DNA of 64,000 bases from Malacoraja senta (taxonomy: Eukaryota): positions 558,001 through 622,000 of the forward strand of contig CM075990.1 in assembly GCA_038087875.1 (NCBI GenBank), read 5' to 3'. The position numbers were made by a program, and so were the translations under genes. This document shows positions 47,530 through 60,600 of the stretch, in pieces. How positions within the stretch are numbered: the first letter of the stretch is position 1; the number at the start of each line of letters is the position of its first letter. The notes beneath the pieces are model-generated. The model saw only the letters and a program-made list of their open reading frames with translations, was not told the origin of the DNA and ran no database searches.

Positions 47530-47869
47530 ATAAACTGCACGTGCGCAGATCAATCTCCTGCCAGTCAGTGCCGTGCAGATTGCTCTATTCTCCTGTCACT
47601 CCATGGGACAGACCGCCTCTTCCTGCGCCATTGCGTCTTTACTGGAGCTGAGGGACGCACTGGATGGCTGGCGGATCCAACCAGATCAATTTTCGGAGGG
47701 ACTGTAAGCGGCACGACGCGGCACTGCACGGCTGCGCGACCCGGCATGGTGTGGAGTCGGAGATGTCGCCGATGTCACCAAATGGAAGGCGGAGACTCTG
47801 ATCCCGGTGGAGGAGAACGACCAGCGACCAATGCCCGCAATGAGTCCCCATCGCACTGACAGCTCCAGC

Positions 47870-48800
47870 CCCTTCCCCTCTGGTCCCCCTCGCTGGCTCC
47901 TGCCCCCCTCCCCCGTGATACCCCCTCTCCTCCATGGCTCGTTCCCTGTCTTTTCTCAATGCTCCAACCCTCCCCCGCAAACAGAACCCCCCTCTGCCCC
48001 CAATCCCTTCCCCCCGCAACCTCCCTCCCATCCACACACCCCCTTCCCCCACAACCCCCCCTCCCGCCCACACACCCCCTTCCCCGACATCTCCCCCGCC
48101 CACACACACCCCTCACCCCAGAACCCCCCTCCACCCAAATAGCCCCCTCCCCCCACAATCCAGCCGACCCCCCCTGCCCTCTCGCCCCTCTCCCCATCCC
48201 CCTCCCCCCCACAATCACCCTGTGCCCACACACCCCTCCCCCCACAAACACCGCCCTGCCCACACACCCCTCTCCCCCATCCCACACATCCCCCTCCGCC
48301 CCACAATCACCCATGCCCACAGCCCCCCCACAACCCCCACTGACCACACCCCCCTGCCAACACACAGCCCTCCCCTACACACGCCCCCTCATAAATTCTC
48401 CCTCCCCACGACACACAGCCCGCCCACACACAGCCCCCACCCCACCTCCCACACCCCCTCCCCTCCTCCACACCCCCATGCCCACACACACACCCCTCCC
48501 CTCCCCGCCCACACACATCCTCCCCACCCACACACACCCCTCCCGCCCAGACACACACCCCATCCCTCCCACACACACCCCCCTCCCCCACACACCCCTG
48601 CCAACACACCCTCTTCCACTACACACACCCTCTACCCCTCCCTCATCCTTCCCCCACATCCAACCTCCCTCCCACCCCTCCCTCCTCCTAGTCCCCCCAC
48701 CCACACATGCCGCCCTCCCCTTCTTCCTTCCCACCCCACACCCCCCCTGCCACACCCCGCCCTTCCTTCCCCCTCCTCTCCTCCCCTCCCACACATGAAG
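47870..48800. repeat. C/A-rich low-complexity tract
   Basis: Near-absence of G; the Pro/His-rich ORFs here are compositional. Confidence 0.9.
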
Positions 48801-51423
48801 AGGAGGGGAAGGGAGTGCTGGGGGATGAGAGGAAATGAGTCGCGCCTGCACATTTAGGGTCTATGGGTCTATGGGTCTGTGGGTGATTGGTGGAATAATG
48901 CGTTGGGGGAACGGGTTGGCGTTGGGGGAACTGGTGAGTGGTGGAATATTGTGTTGGGGAATGGGTTGCGTTGGGGGACCAGGCCTCCCTTGTGACTGGG
49001 ACCCAATGGGTCCCACTTAGTCTAGTTGTTTATTGATGTGTAGCCGTGGTTGAGGGTGTTCTGCCCCTGTTGGCACAAGAGACATGCTGGTAATACTTTA
49101 GGTTGGTTTGATTTAAGTCTCCGGCTACAATGACCGGGGCTTCAGGGTGTTTAGTCTCGAGGCTATTGATAGTGGAGTACAGTTCGTTCAGAGCAAGCTG
49201 GACATCTGCATGTGGGGGTGGGGGGGATGTCAGACGGTTGTCAGGATAACTGAGGTGAATTCCCTCTGCACTTCACAGTCAGATATTCTAGGTCCGGGGA
49301 ACATGAACTGGCCAGGACTGCTATGTCTGAACACCACGAGGTATTGATTAGAATGCAGACACTGCCACCTCTAACCTTGCCCAAAGACACCGTACGGTCC
49401 ATCCAGTGAAGGGAGAAGCAGTCAGGTATGTCAGGGGTGAGCCATGTTTTTGTGAAACAGAGCACACAGCAGTCTCTCACTTCCCTGAGGTAAGCCAGTC
49501 TAGCTTTAAGTTCATCCAGCTTGTTCTCCATGGACTACACAATTTTTGCGTGCAGTAGTATACAGGAAGGAACTGCAGATGCTGGTTTACACTGAAGATG
49601 GACACAAGATGCCGGAGTAATTCAGCGGGACAGGCAGTATTATTGTTTGGAAGGAATGGGTGACGTTTTGGGTTGAGGATAGGTCTCGACCCAAAATGTC
49701 ACCCATTCCTTCTCTCCAGGTATGCTGCCTGTCCCGCTGAGTTACTCCAGCATTTTGTGTGTATATTGTTGGTTTCATCTGGAAACTTACTAACTGAAAA
49801 CCGTTCTGTTTTCCCCCTCATGTTGCATTTAGTTTTCAAAATCTGAGCATAATGTTCATTGCACGCAAAAACAAAAGCTTGTTTTTTGGATTATGTATTG
49901 TAGAGCTTAAAGGTTTGATTGAACCTCTACTTTGAAAAATATTTCAGGTGACGTTCAGGAGAGGATCCTTTTTGACCACTTTATCTACCTGTGACTCGGC
50001 CTTCAAATAACCATGCACCTGTACTCTTAGATCCCTCTGCTCTGTAACACTCCTCAGAGGCCTACCATTCACTGTATGATGCATATGTATATTTCTTGTA
50101 TATGCTGGATATGGAGGGATGTGGAATATGTTTAGTTTAGTTTAGTTTATTGTGCAGGCACCCTGGGCCAAAGGGCCTGTTCCTGCACTGTGCTGTTTTA
50201 TGTTTAAGTGTATGATCTATTTGTCAGGATAAAAATAATTAATTGTATCTTTTGGAATGGAATAAAATCACCAGATTCAAAACTAAACTAAACCTGATGT
50301 CATAAGGTCATAAGAGACAGGAGCAGAATTAGGCCAATCAGCCCATCGTCTACTCCACCATTCAATCATGGCTGATCGATCTCTCCCCCCTAACCCCATT
50401 CCCCTGCTTTCTCCCCATAACCCCTGACACCCGTACTAATCAAGAATCTATCCATCTCTGCCTTAAAATTAAGTATTGGCTTGGCCTCCACAGCCTTCTG
50501 TGGCAAAGAATTCATACAGATTCACCACCCTCTGACTAAACACCCTCCTTATCTCCTTTCTAAAGGAACGTCCTTTAATTCTGAGGCTATGACCTCTAGT
50601 CCTAGACTCTACCACAAGTGGAAATATCCTCTCCACATCCACTATCCAAGCCTTTCACTATTCGCTAAGTTTCAATGAAGTACCCCCTCATCCTTCTAAA
50701 CTCCAGCAAGTACAGGCCCAGTGCCATGAAACGGTGAGCATTTATTCTCACTTACTCAGCCTTCCCTTCCGCATCTGGCCCAGTTTATTTGCCAATGGTT
50801 CAATGGTTCAATGGTTCTTTATTGTCACGTATGCACTGCACAGTGAAATTATTTTTTGCACAGATCACACATGCACGAGTTGTTATATTTTGGCGCCATT
50901 TACAAAAATTCCAAAGTCCAATCCACAGGCGTGGATCAGGAGTGGCTCCTGATCCAGGTAATCCCTAGGCTGCTGCAGAGCCTCCTCCATCGCTCTCGAC
51001 AGTTTGACCTGCGGACCAACATCCGCCTCCTCGACCGACCACCACTATGTCCCGGGGGCACCTCCTGCAACGGACCTTGATGGCGCTGGATGCAATACCG
51101 TCTCCGACCGGCCCACTCCTCATGTCCATTGTTGCAAGCGGGTTCGTTGGTCAGTCTTAAGAAGGGTCTCAACTCGAAACGTCACCCATTCCTTCTCCAG
51201 AGATGCTGCCTGACCCGCTGAGTTACTCCAGCATTTTGCGTCTACCTTTGGTATTTCCACTGTTCCAAAGAAACCCAACATTTCACATAGTTCCAGCTAT
51301 TCTCTCTCACCTTCCTTTGTCAGCTATGGCTGACAAGCTTTCTCCTCCCTCTCAACTGGCACAAAAAATATTAAGTCTTTCAGTCTTCCTTTATCTACAC
51401 TGATCAAACGCATTCCATTTGTT

Positions 51424-51950
51424 CATAAGTTCATGTGGTAGGAGCTGAATTAGGCCATTCGGCCCATCAAATCTACTCCGCCATTCAATCATGGCTGATC
51501 TACCTCTCCCTCCCAACCCCATTCTCCGGCCTTCTCCCCATAACTCCTGATACCCATACTAATCACGGATCTATCTATCTCTGCCTTAAAAATATCCTTT
51601 GACTTGGCCTCTACAGCCTTCTGTGGCAAAGAATCCCACAGATTCACCAGCCTCTGATGAAAGAAATTCCTCCTCAAGGAACATTCTTTAATTCTGAGGC
51701 TATGACCTCTGGTCACAGATTCTCTCACTAGTGGGAACATCCTCTCCACATCCACTCTATCCAGGCCTTTCACTATTTGGTCAGTTTCAATGACCCTCAT
51801 CCTAAACTCCAGCGAGTACAGGCCCAGTGCCGGCATACGTTCATCAAACATCAACCCACTCATTCCTAGGATAACTCTCTAGACTAACTCTTGGACCCTC
51901 TCCAGCACCAGCACATCCCTCCTCAGATATGTGGCCCAAATTTGTTCACA
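51424..51950 (-). mobile_element. CR1 fragment
   Basis: ALGLYSLEFR...FFHQRLVNLWDSLP. Confidence 0.8.
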
Positions 51951-53380
51951 ATGGTTCACTTCGCACCTCTCCCATCTCTCCACCTGAAAGTGTGTACAGT
52001 TTCTAACCTTTCCTGTTTCGATGTAAGGTCAATAATCTGAAATGTTAATACTAACCTGCTGTTTATCTCCAACATTTTACGCTTTCATTCCTGAGAAACA
52101 TCACTGGCGTTTTGGTTCCTGTTGTCTCAGTATGATTTCAACCTCTGATCTTCATCACGGATGATACAGTCAGTGGCAGATAGAACAGACAGGAAGCAAC
52201 CAGCATGATCTTGAGAATTAGTAGGCTCTTGGCCTTCTACTGGCACTCAATCTTTCCTTAATGGACATTCCTTTAGGAAAGCGAAGAGGGATTTCTTTAG
52301 TCGGTGGGTGGCGAATCTGTGGAATACTTTGCCACTGAAGGCTGTGGAGGCCAAGTCAATAGATATTGTTAAGGCATAGATAGATAGATTCTTGATTAGT
52401 ACTGGTGTCAGGGGTTATGGGAAGAAGGCAGGGGAATGTGGTTAGGAGGGAGAGATAGATCAGCCATGATTGAATGGCATAGACATGATGGGCCGAATGG
52501 CCTAATTCTGCTCCTATCACTTAAGACCTTATGACTCAGGATGTAGTGAAGGGAAGGGATGGAATTCCATAACAATGGCATAGTGAACTCACTCGTGTGG
52601 TTGGGAATAGGGATATGGACATTGTATTTCACAGTCTGCTCCGGTACTCGCTGAGAGAGCTCGTCTTCACCAGTGTGTTTTGATTGGCTTTTAGGATCTT
52701 TTTTGTTAATCCGATTCACAGGTCATTGCATGGATCTTTTGTTTCAGATCTTCTGTGAGGTATTTGACACTGCACTTATCTTTCTCATATAGACTCAAAT
52801 CAGCTGAGGAAGGAACTCCAGATGCTGGTTTACTCCGAAGATAGACATAAATTGATGCAGTAACTCAGCGGGACAGGCAGCCTCTCTGGAGAGAAGGAAT
52901 GGGTGATGGTTCCGGTCGAGACACGTCTTCAGTCTGAAGAAGGATCTCGACCCAAAACTTCACCCGTTCCTTCTCTCCAGAGATGCTGCCTGTCCCGTTC
53001 AGTTACTCCAGCATGTTGTGTCCATCTCAAGATAGTTTGTTTAACTTCCAGTGAATAGAGAGACATTTTACTTGAGTTGTTGGATTTTCTGAAATAGCAG
53101 TGAATGGGGAATGTCGAATCAAAGCAACTGTGTCAAAGATATCTTGAGGATTTCAATCATGCATTGAATTACAGGATACATTGTTATTATCGGTCGATAC
53201 CAGTGCACAGTATGAAAGAACCAATACTGATGACTGAGTTGTGTGTCCCATTTTTTGTACCATTTAGTGCTTGTCTTCATTTTGTAAGAAACCTGCATGA
53301 GCATATAAAAAAGGTAATTAGGCGGTCTAATTTTACCAGCACACATTGTTGCCACAGGATTTTCAGGTTCCAGCTATGAG

Positions 53381-53965
53381 TTCATAATTTATGGAGCAGA
53401 ATTAGGCCATTTAGTCCATCAAGTCTACTCTGCCATTCAATCATGGCTGATCAATCTTTCCCTCTCAACCCCATTCTCCTGCCATATCCCCATAACCCCT
53501 GACACCCGTACCAATCAAGAAACTATCAATCTCCGCCTTCAAAATATCCATTGACTTGGCCTCCACAGCCGTCTGTGGCAATGCATTCCACAGATTCACT
53601 ACCCTCTGACTAACGTAAATACTCCTCTTCTCCTTTCTAAAGGTACATCCTTTTATACTGAGGCTATTCCTGGTCCTAGATTCTCCCATTAAAGGAAATA
53701 TCCTCTCCCATTCCACCCTATCCAAGGCTTTTACTGCTTGGTAAGTTTCTATGAGGTCCCCCCTCATTCTTCTAAACTCCAGTGAGTACAGGCCCAGTGC
53801 CGTCAAACACTCATCATATGTTAAGTCACTCATTTCTGGGATCATTCTTGTAAACCTCTTCTGGACCCTCTCCAATGCTAGCACACCCTTCCTCAGATAT
53901 TGGGCCCAAAACTGCTTACAATACTCCAAATGCGGTCTGACCAGCGCCCTATAAAGCTTCAGCAT
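53381..53965 (-). mobile_element. CR1 fragment
   Basis: LKLYRALVRPHLEYC...QRVVNLWNALP. Confidence 0.85.
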
Positions 53966-54523
53966 GCAAACATCCTGTTTGCATATTCAAGGTAAAATGT
54001 AGGTGGACTGGGAGCTGGCTTGAGTTTAGAGAAATTGAGAGAAGGCAGGAACGGGGTACTGACTGTGAATGATCACATTAAATGGCTATTGTCTATGTTT
54101 GGAAAAGTTCCTGTTCGGTGCTTAGATCCAGGGTCAAGATAAGCTTTATTTCTGTGGTGTCCATCCATGCAATGTTATATGAGGAACTCTATCAATTTTG
54201 GATGCACAACTTTGGATGCAGGCAAGATCATCTGGGAATGTCATTACTTTCTTGTTAACTTGCACCATGTGGGTGACATTGAAATGCTTCTCTGGAACCA
54301 TTGGTGATCAAAACAAAAAACTGGCAAGTTGACATTGCAATAAATGTCATAGAAAGTGCAATGATGACACACAGGCCCTCGATCAATGTTACTTCTTCCC
54401 TGTATACACCATGCACAGCACAACTCAGCTATCGGATGAATTTGGGTCATTTATGGCCAGAATTAGTTCAGATGTTAATCATACTCCATATCTAACCTTT
54501 AACATAATTTTGTTTTGCTCTAC

Positions 54524-54847
54524 AGGCGGCACGGTGGCTCAGACGGGTAGCACTGCGGCGCAGCGGTGGAACTGCTGCCTAACAGCGCTTACAGAGCCCG
54601 ACACCCGGGTTCGATCCTGGCTACGGGTGCTTGTCTGTACGGAGTTTGTACATTCTCCCCATGACACTGAAAACCTTGGGTTTTCTCCGAGATCTTCGGT
54701 TTCCTCCCACACTCCAAAGACGTACAGGTTAGTAGGTTAATTGGCTTGGTTTACCAGTAAATTGTCCCAAGTGTGTGTAGGATAGTGTTAATAAGCGGGG
54801 ATCGTTGGTGGGTGTGGACCACGCTGTATCTGTAAACTAAACTAAAC
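54524..54847 (+). mobile_element. HE1-type V-SINE
   Basis: Head, V-domain and tail present. Confidence 0.8.
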
Positions 54848-54908
54848 TTTACCTCAGTGCAACAGAGTGCCGATACTATGATATGATTTTTCCACTGTGG
54901 TTCATTAA

Positions 54909-55560
54909 CCTTACAAGGGTTCAAGAGAGCATTTGAGGCAAAACAGGCTTATCTTCGCAATTTTTAAAATTGTTTCAACAAACAAAAATTCAGGAATCAA
55001 AGAGAAAAGTAAATTGAAGCTGAGTTATTTTACTCAGCTTTTGAAGTGAGGTTGGAACAAGGAAGCAACTAAGAATCATAAATGTTCCAAGCAATTCATA
55101 GCTGTTCGGAATAGTTTGAGGACGACACTGGCAAATACGAAAGGTCTTTATTCATCACAATAAGCCGAAATTCTCTTGAAGACTCTTTCAGTAGTGTTCT
55201 CCTTCAACTCAAAGTACATTGATTTTTTATACAACTACAAACAAAGATAACATCAGGTTTAGTTTGAAGATAGACACAAAATGCTGAGTTACTCCAGCGT
55301 GTCCCGCTTGGAACATTTATGATTCTCAGTTGCTTCCTTGTTCCAACTTCACTTCTAAAGCTGAGTAAAATAAATCAGCTTCAATGTACTTTTCTCTTTG
55401 ATTCCTGAATTTTAGTTTGTTGAAACAATTATAAAAAATTGCAAAAATAAGCCTATTTTGCCACAAATGCAAGAGCCACCAGTGTTCTAATACTGGCCTT
55501 TGATCACTGGATCCAATCACTTTTTAAATGAATCAAAAACTCTCTTGAACCCTTGTAAGG
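54909..55560. mobile_element. piggyBac-type MITE with ~185-bp TIRs
   Basis: TTAA|ccttacaagggttcaagagag ... ctctcttgaacccttgtaagg|TTAA; arms 54909-55092 and 55306-55560. Confidence 0.75.
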
Positions 55561-56299
55561 TTAATTAACTCAGCGGGATATGCAGCATATCTGAAAAGAA
55601 GGAACGGGTGACGTTTTGGGCCGAGACCCTTCTTCAGAATGAAGGATCTCGACCTCAAAAATCACCCATTCCTTCTCTCCAGAGATGCTGCCTGCCCGGC
55701 TGAGTTACTCCAGCATTTTGTGTCTACCTTCTGTGTAAACCAGCATCTGCAGTTCCTTCCTACACAGGATGTTTCCACTAGTGGGAGAGCCTTGGACCTG
55801 AGGTCATACCCTCAGAAATAAAGGATGTTCCTTTAGGAAGATGAGGAGGAATCTCTTTAGTCAGAGGGTGGTGAATCTGTGGAATTCTCTGCCACAGAGG
55901 GCTGTGAAGGCCAAGAAGGCAGGAGAATGGGATTAGGAGGAAGAGATCGATCAGCCATGATTGAATGGTGGAGTAGGCTTGATAGGCCGTATAGCCTAAT
56001 TCTGCTCCTATCACTTATGACCTTATGACATAAGGTTTAATTTAGTTTAGTTTAATATCTGTTGATTCTATTCCATTCCAAAAGGTACAATGAAATCCTT
56101 TATTATTTTTAGTCTGACAAATAGAACATACAGTTAAACATAAAACAGCACAGTGCAGAAACAGGCCCTTTGGCCCACGATGTCTATGCCGAACATAATG
56201 TCAAGACCACCCTTAATGCCTGCACAATAAACTAAACTAAACTAAACTAAGCATAATCCACTTACCTCCATATCCTGCATATACATGAAATATACGTAT

Positions 56300-58116
56300 G
56301 CATTACACAGTGAATGGTTGGGCTCTGGGGAGTGTTGTAGAACAGAGGGATCTAAGAATGCAGGTGCATGATTCCGTAAAGGTCGAGTCACAGGTAGATC
56401 AGGTGGTCAAAAGGCTTATTTACTCAGCAGTCAGAGTATTGAGTATAGAAATTGGGAGGTTATGTTGCAGGTGTATAAGACTTTGGTGGGGCCACCTTTA
56501 GAATATTGTGTTCAGTTCTGGGCACCATGTTATTGGAAAGATGTTGTCAAGCTGGAAAGGGTGCAGAGAAGATTTACGAGGAAGTTGCCAGGACTAGAGG
56601 GTCTGAGCTATAGGGAGAGGTTGAGTAGGCTGGGACTCTATTCCTTGGAGAGCAGGAAGATGAGGGGTGATCTTATAGAGGTGTATAAGATCATGAGAGG
56701 AATAGATTGGGTGTATGCACAGTCTCTTGCCCAGAGTATGTGAATCGAGGACCAGAGGACATAGGTTTAAGGTGAAGGGGAGAAGATTTAATAGGAATCT
56801 GAGGGGTAACCTTTTCACACAAAGGGTGGTGCGTGTATGGGACAAGCTGCCAGAGGAGGTGGTTGAGGCAATGACTATCTGAACATTTAAGAAACAGTTA
56901 GACAGGTACATGGATAGGACAGGTTTGTGGGATATGTACCAAATGCTGGCAGGTGGGACTAGTGTAGCTGGGACATGTTGGCCATTGTGGGCAAGATGGG
57001 CCGAAGGGCCTGTTTTCACACCGTATCGCTCTTTGACTTTGTGACTCTACAAATACCTGTAGAGTTCGATCCAATGATCCTTATTGTATGTCTAAGTGTT
57101 GTCAGTTGCAAATGAGAAAACTGGCAAAAGGCACAACCATAGTAATGGGCTATTCCAAACACCAATTTAAGGTTTTAAGAAATAATTTTGTTCCGTTTTG
57201 GTCACTCTCTTGTCGGAAATAAGTCATTAAGCTGGAAAGGGTGATGGTGTGTAGGGAGGAACTGCAGATGCTGGTTTAAACCGAAGATGGAAGCTGGAGT
57301 AACTGACAGCATCTCTGGAGAGAAGGAATAGGTGACGTTTCGGGTCTAGACCCTTCTTAAGACCTTCTTCAGTGTGAGGATATTGCCTGGACTCAAGGGG
57401 CTGAGCCATAGGGAGATGTTTGGCAGGCTAAGATTTTATTCCCTGGAGCACAGGAGGCTGAGGGGTGATCTTATAGAGGTGTATAAAATCATGAGGGGTA
57501 GGGATAAGGTGAAGGCACAGAGTCTTTTTTCCCAGTGTGGCGGAAGCAAGAACTAGAGGACATGGGTTACGATGGCATAGAATGTAGAATGTATTTCAGT
57601 GGATATATTTGAGGCAGAGATAGACAAATTCTTGATTAGAACTGGTGTCAAGGGTTATGGGGAGAAGGCAGGAAAATGGGATTAAGAGACAGAGATCAGC
57701 CATGATTGAATGGCGGAGTGGACTTGATGGGCCAACTGGCCTAATTCTACTCCAATAACTTGTGAACTTGTGGGTTTAAGCTGAAAGGGGAAAGATAGAT
57801 TTTTTGGCATGGCCAAGTTGGCCTGAAGGGCCTGTTTCTACGCTGTATGACTCGATGACGTGATGCCTGAGATTTGAACATTATTCTTGTTTGTATTCAT
57901 AATGTAGTTGAGGCCAGTTCATTGTCTATATTTAAGAGGGAGTTAGATGTGGCCCTTGTGGCTAAAGGGATCAGGGGGTATGGAGAGAAAGCAGTTACAG
58001 GATACCGAGTTGGATGATCAGCACAATGATCATATTGAATGGCGGTGCAGGCTCGAAGGGCCGAATGGCCTACTCCTGCACCTATTTTCTATGTTTCTAT
58101 GTTTCTATGTTTCTAT
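56300..58116 (+). mobile_element. cluster of CR1 fragments
   Basis: VYKTLVGPPLEYCVQFW, RGDLIEVYKIMRG, and several CR1 3' UTRs/tails. Confidence 0.8.
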
Positions 58117-58709
58117 AACACAACAGCATAGTGACAGAGCTGATGGAGCCCCACAGTTCTGAGGATCTGGATTCAGTCCTGACCTCCAGTGCGATCTGTA
58201 TGAGGTTTCTGTGATCACCCTGTTACCATGTGTGTCTCCTCCAGGTGCTCCAATTTCCTTGCACATCCCAAAGACATGGGTTGATAAGTTAATTGACCAC
58301 TGTAAATTGCCTCTGGGTGTGTAGTTGAGCGGTAGATTCCAGGGGAGAGTTGATGTGGAAGGATTAAAAAATAAGATAACTGTGAATAGGCAGGATGGAA
58401 TTTGTGCTTTGAGCTATATGATTCTGCAGTGAAATTAATTCTCCGTAGTAAATTTGCTTTAAAAAAAAATCTTGCAATCCTTTGAGAGTGAAGTTTTTGT
58501 GCTGCAGGCAACTAGTTTATCATGGTCAAGGCATGACAGAAGCTTAGTCAGAATATCTGATTGATGAAATGGTATGTTGTTATTTCTTCAAGTGACAGAC
58601 AGGCAAATATTACTTATTCACTTCTGTTGTCAGGGTTATGCTTCATTCCAACAAGTGAAAAGCCAGCAAAAATACCGCATATCGCTGCTGCATGGTGGCA
58701 CAGTGCCAC

Positions 58710-59017
58710 GGCAGCATGGTGGCACAGCATTAGAGTTGCTGCCTTACAGCGCCGGAGACTCAGATACAATCCCGACTACAGTTGCTTGTCTATATGGAGT
58801 TTTTAACGTTCTCCCCGTGACCGCATGAGTTTTCTCCGAAATCTTTGGTTTCCTCCCACACTCCAAAGACGTACAGGTTTGTAGGTTAATTGGCTTGGTA
58901 TAAATGTAAATTGTCCCTAGTGGGTGTAGGGTGGTGTGAATGTGTGGGGATCGCTGGAAGGTGCCGACTCGGTTGCCCGAAGGTCCTCTTTCCTCACTAT
59001 ATCTCCAAACTAAATTA
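58710..59017 (+). mobile_element. HE1-type V-SINE
   Basis: Head, V-domain and tail present. Confidence 0.78.
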
Positions 59018-59310
59018 AAGTGAACTAATATTTCTCCTCATGAATTAGCAGATGAGAAGCAATAAGATTCTTGCACGAACTATGAAGATAGGCTAGTTTT
59101 TGTTTTCCACAAGTATCAAATTGCACATGTCAAAATATCTTTGTCAGCCTCCATTTTTTAAACTTTGAAATAGAAAGAGCCTCACCAGTTACCATGACAT
59201 AGAAGGTAGAATATAGAACAGTAAGACACAAACAGACCGTTCAGCCCACAATGGCTGTGTAGAAAACTTACCCACACATCTCCTTTAAGCTTTGTTCCTC
59301 TTACCTTAAA

Positions 59311-59705
59311 GTTATATAAAAGGACTGGACAAGCTAGATGCATGAAAAACGTTCCCAATGTTGGACGAGTCCAGAACCAGGGGCCACAGTTCTAGAATAA
59401 AGGGGAGGTCATTTAAGAATGAGGTGAGAAAAAACTTTTTCACCCAGAGAGTTGTGAATTTATGGAAATCCCTGCCACAGAGGGCAGTGGAGGCTGAGTC
59501 ACTGGATGGATTTAAGAGAGAGTTAGATAGAGCTCTAGGGGCTAGTGGAGTCAAGGGATATGGGGAGAAAGCAGGCACGGGTTATTGATTGGGGACGATC
59601 AGCCATGATCACAATGAATGGCGGTGCTGGCTCGAAGGGCCGAATGGCCTCCTCCTGCACCTATTTTCTATGTTATGTTTCTATGTTTCTATGTTTCTAT
59701 GTTAT
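59311..59705 (+). mobile_element. CR1 3' fragment
   Basis: ESRTRGHS...FFTQRVVNLW; (tttctatg)n tail. Confidence 0.85.
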
Positions 59706-59764
59706 GCACTCTAGTATTTGATTTTTCCATCCTGGGAAAAAGGTTCTGACTGCCCACTCTATCT

Positions 59765-60600
59765 ACACTAGAGGCCCTGCAGCATCCTGGGGTTTGACTG
59801 GATCGGACGCCGCTCCAAGAGACCGTGCGCGTAGATAGGACACAAGGGGTCAACCGCAGGAAGAGCGAGGTCATGCTCTTCAGCAACAGGGGTGGCACGG
59901 TGGCCTAACGGTAGAGTTGCTGCTGTACAGTGACTGAGACCCAGGTTCGATCCTGACTACGGGTGTTGACTGCACAGTTTGAACTTTCTTCTTGTGACCG
60001 TGTGGGTTTCCTGAGGTGCTCCGGTTTCCACCCACATTCCAACAATGTGCAGGCTTGTAGGTTAATTGGCTTCTGTAAATTGTCTCTAGAATGTAGGAGA
60101 GACCTGGTATACAGGTGATCGCTGGTCAGCATGGGCTCAGTGGGCCGAAGGGCCTGTTTCCAAGCTGCGTCTCTAAACTAAACTAAACTAATCTGGTCCG
60201 ACTGATCTTCTGTCCCCTTCACCATCAGGTCTGACTACCTGAAGGTGCTGGGGATCTGGTTCGGAGGGGCCGAGGCGTGCAACAAGAATTGGCTGGAGCG
60301 GAGAGCCAAGGTCAAGCAAAAAATTGGGATTGTGGAAGCAAAGTGATCAAGTGTGAAGAAGGGTCTGGACCCGAAACATCACCAGGGATGCTGCCTGTCC
60401 CGCTGAGTTACTCCAGCTTTTTGTGTCTATCTGTGATCGTGTGAGGTGCTGTCGGGGCTGCTGTACCTGGCGCAGGTGTGCTGAGGCATGGAGCGGTGGA
60501 GCAGCAGTGGAGGACACCAACAGCTACCCTCAGCTAGGGTGACCCTGCCATGTCGCCAGTACAATGAACCTCTATGACAAGGTTAAAAAATTTGCACATA
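59765..60600 (+). mobile_element. Tx1-like LINE fragments interrupted by a V-SINE (59889-60191)
   Basis: VNRRKSEVMLF and VPFTIRSDYLKVLGIWFGG...NWLER. Confidence 0.6.

Larger units (their letters stand above)
44769..49026 (-). mobile_element. Helentron/Helitron-like element (spans a gap)
   Basis: Minus-strand 5' end actagactaagtgggacccattgggtccc; 3' end cagagttttatatgtatagagatagat; subterminal gaaatctctaccg shared with 28956-29360; long C-rich tracts. Confidence 0.55.
43700..49560 (-). mobile_element. degraded Rex1/Babar LINE split by a Helentron-like element
   Basis: EN pieces at 49027-49560 (CFTKTWL, GGSVC, YYQHVSC) and RT pieces at 43724-44760 ([26 protein letters not shown]). Confidence 0.75.

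Noticed and set aside
47639..48857. Long Pro/His- or Gly-rich ORFs (up to 307 aa)
   Set aside because: Produced by a C/A-rich low-complexity tract that lacks stop codons in all frames
53104..53379. 91-aa ORF in apparently unique sequence
   Set aside because: No recognisable domain or splice context; length expected by chance
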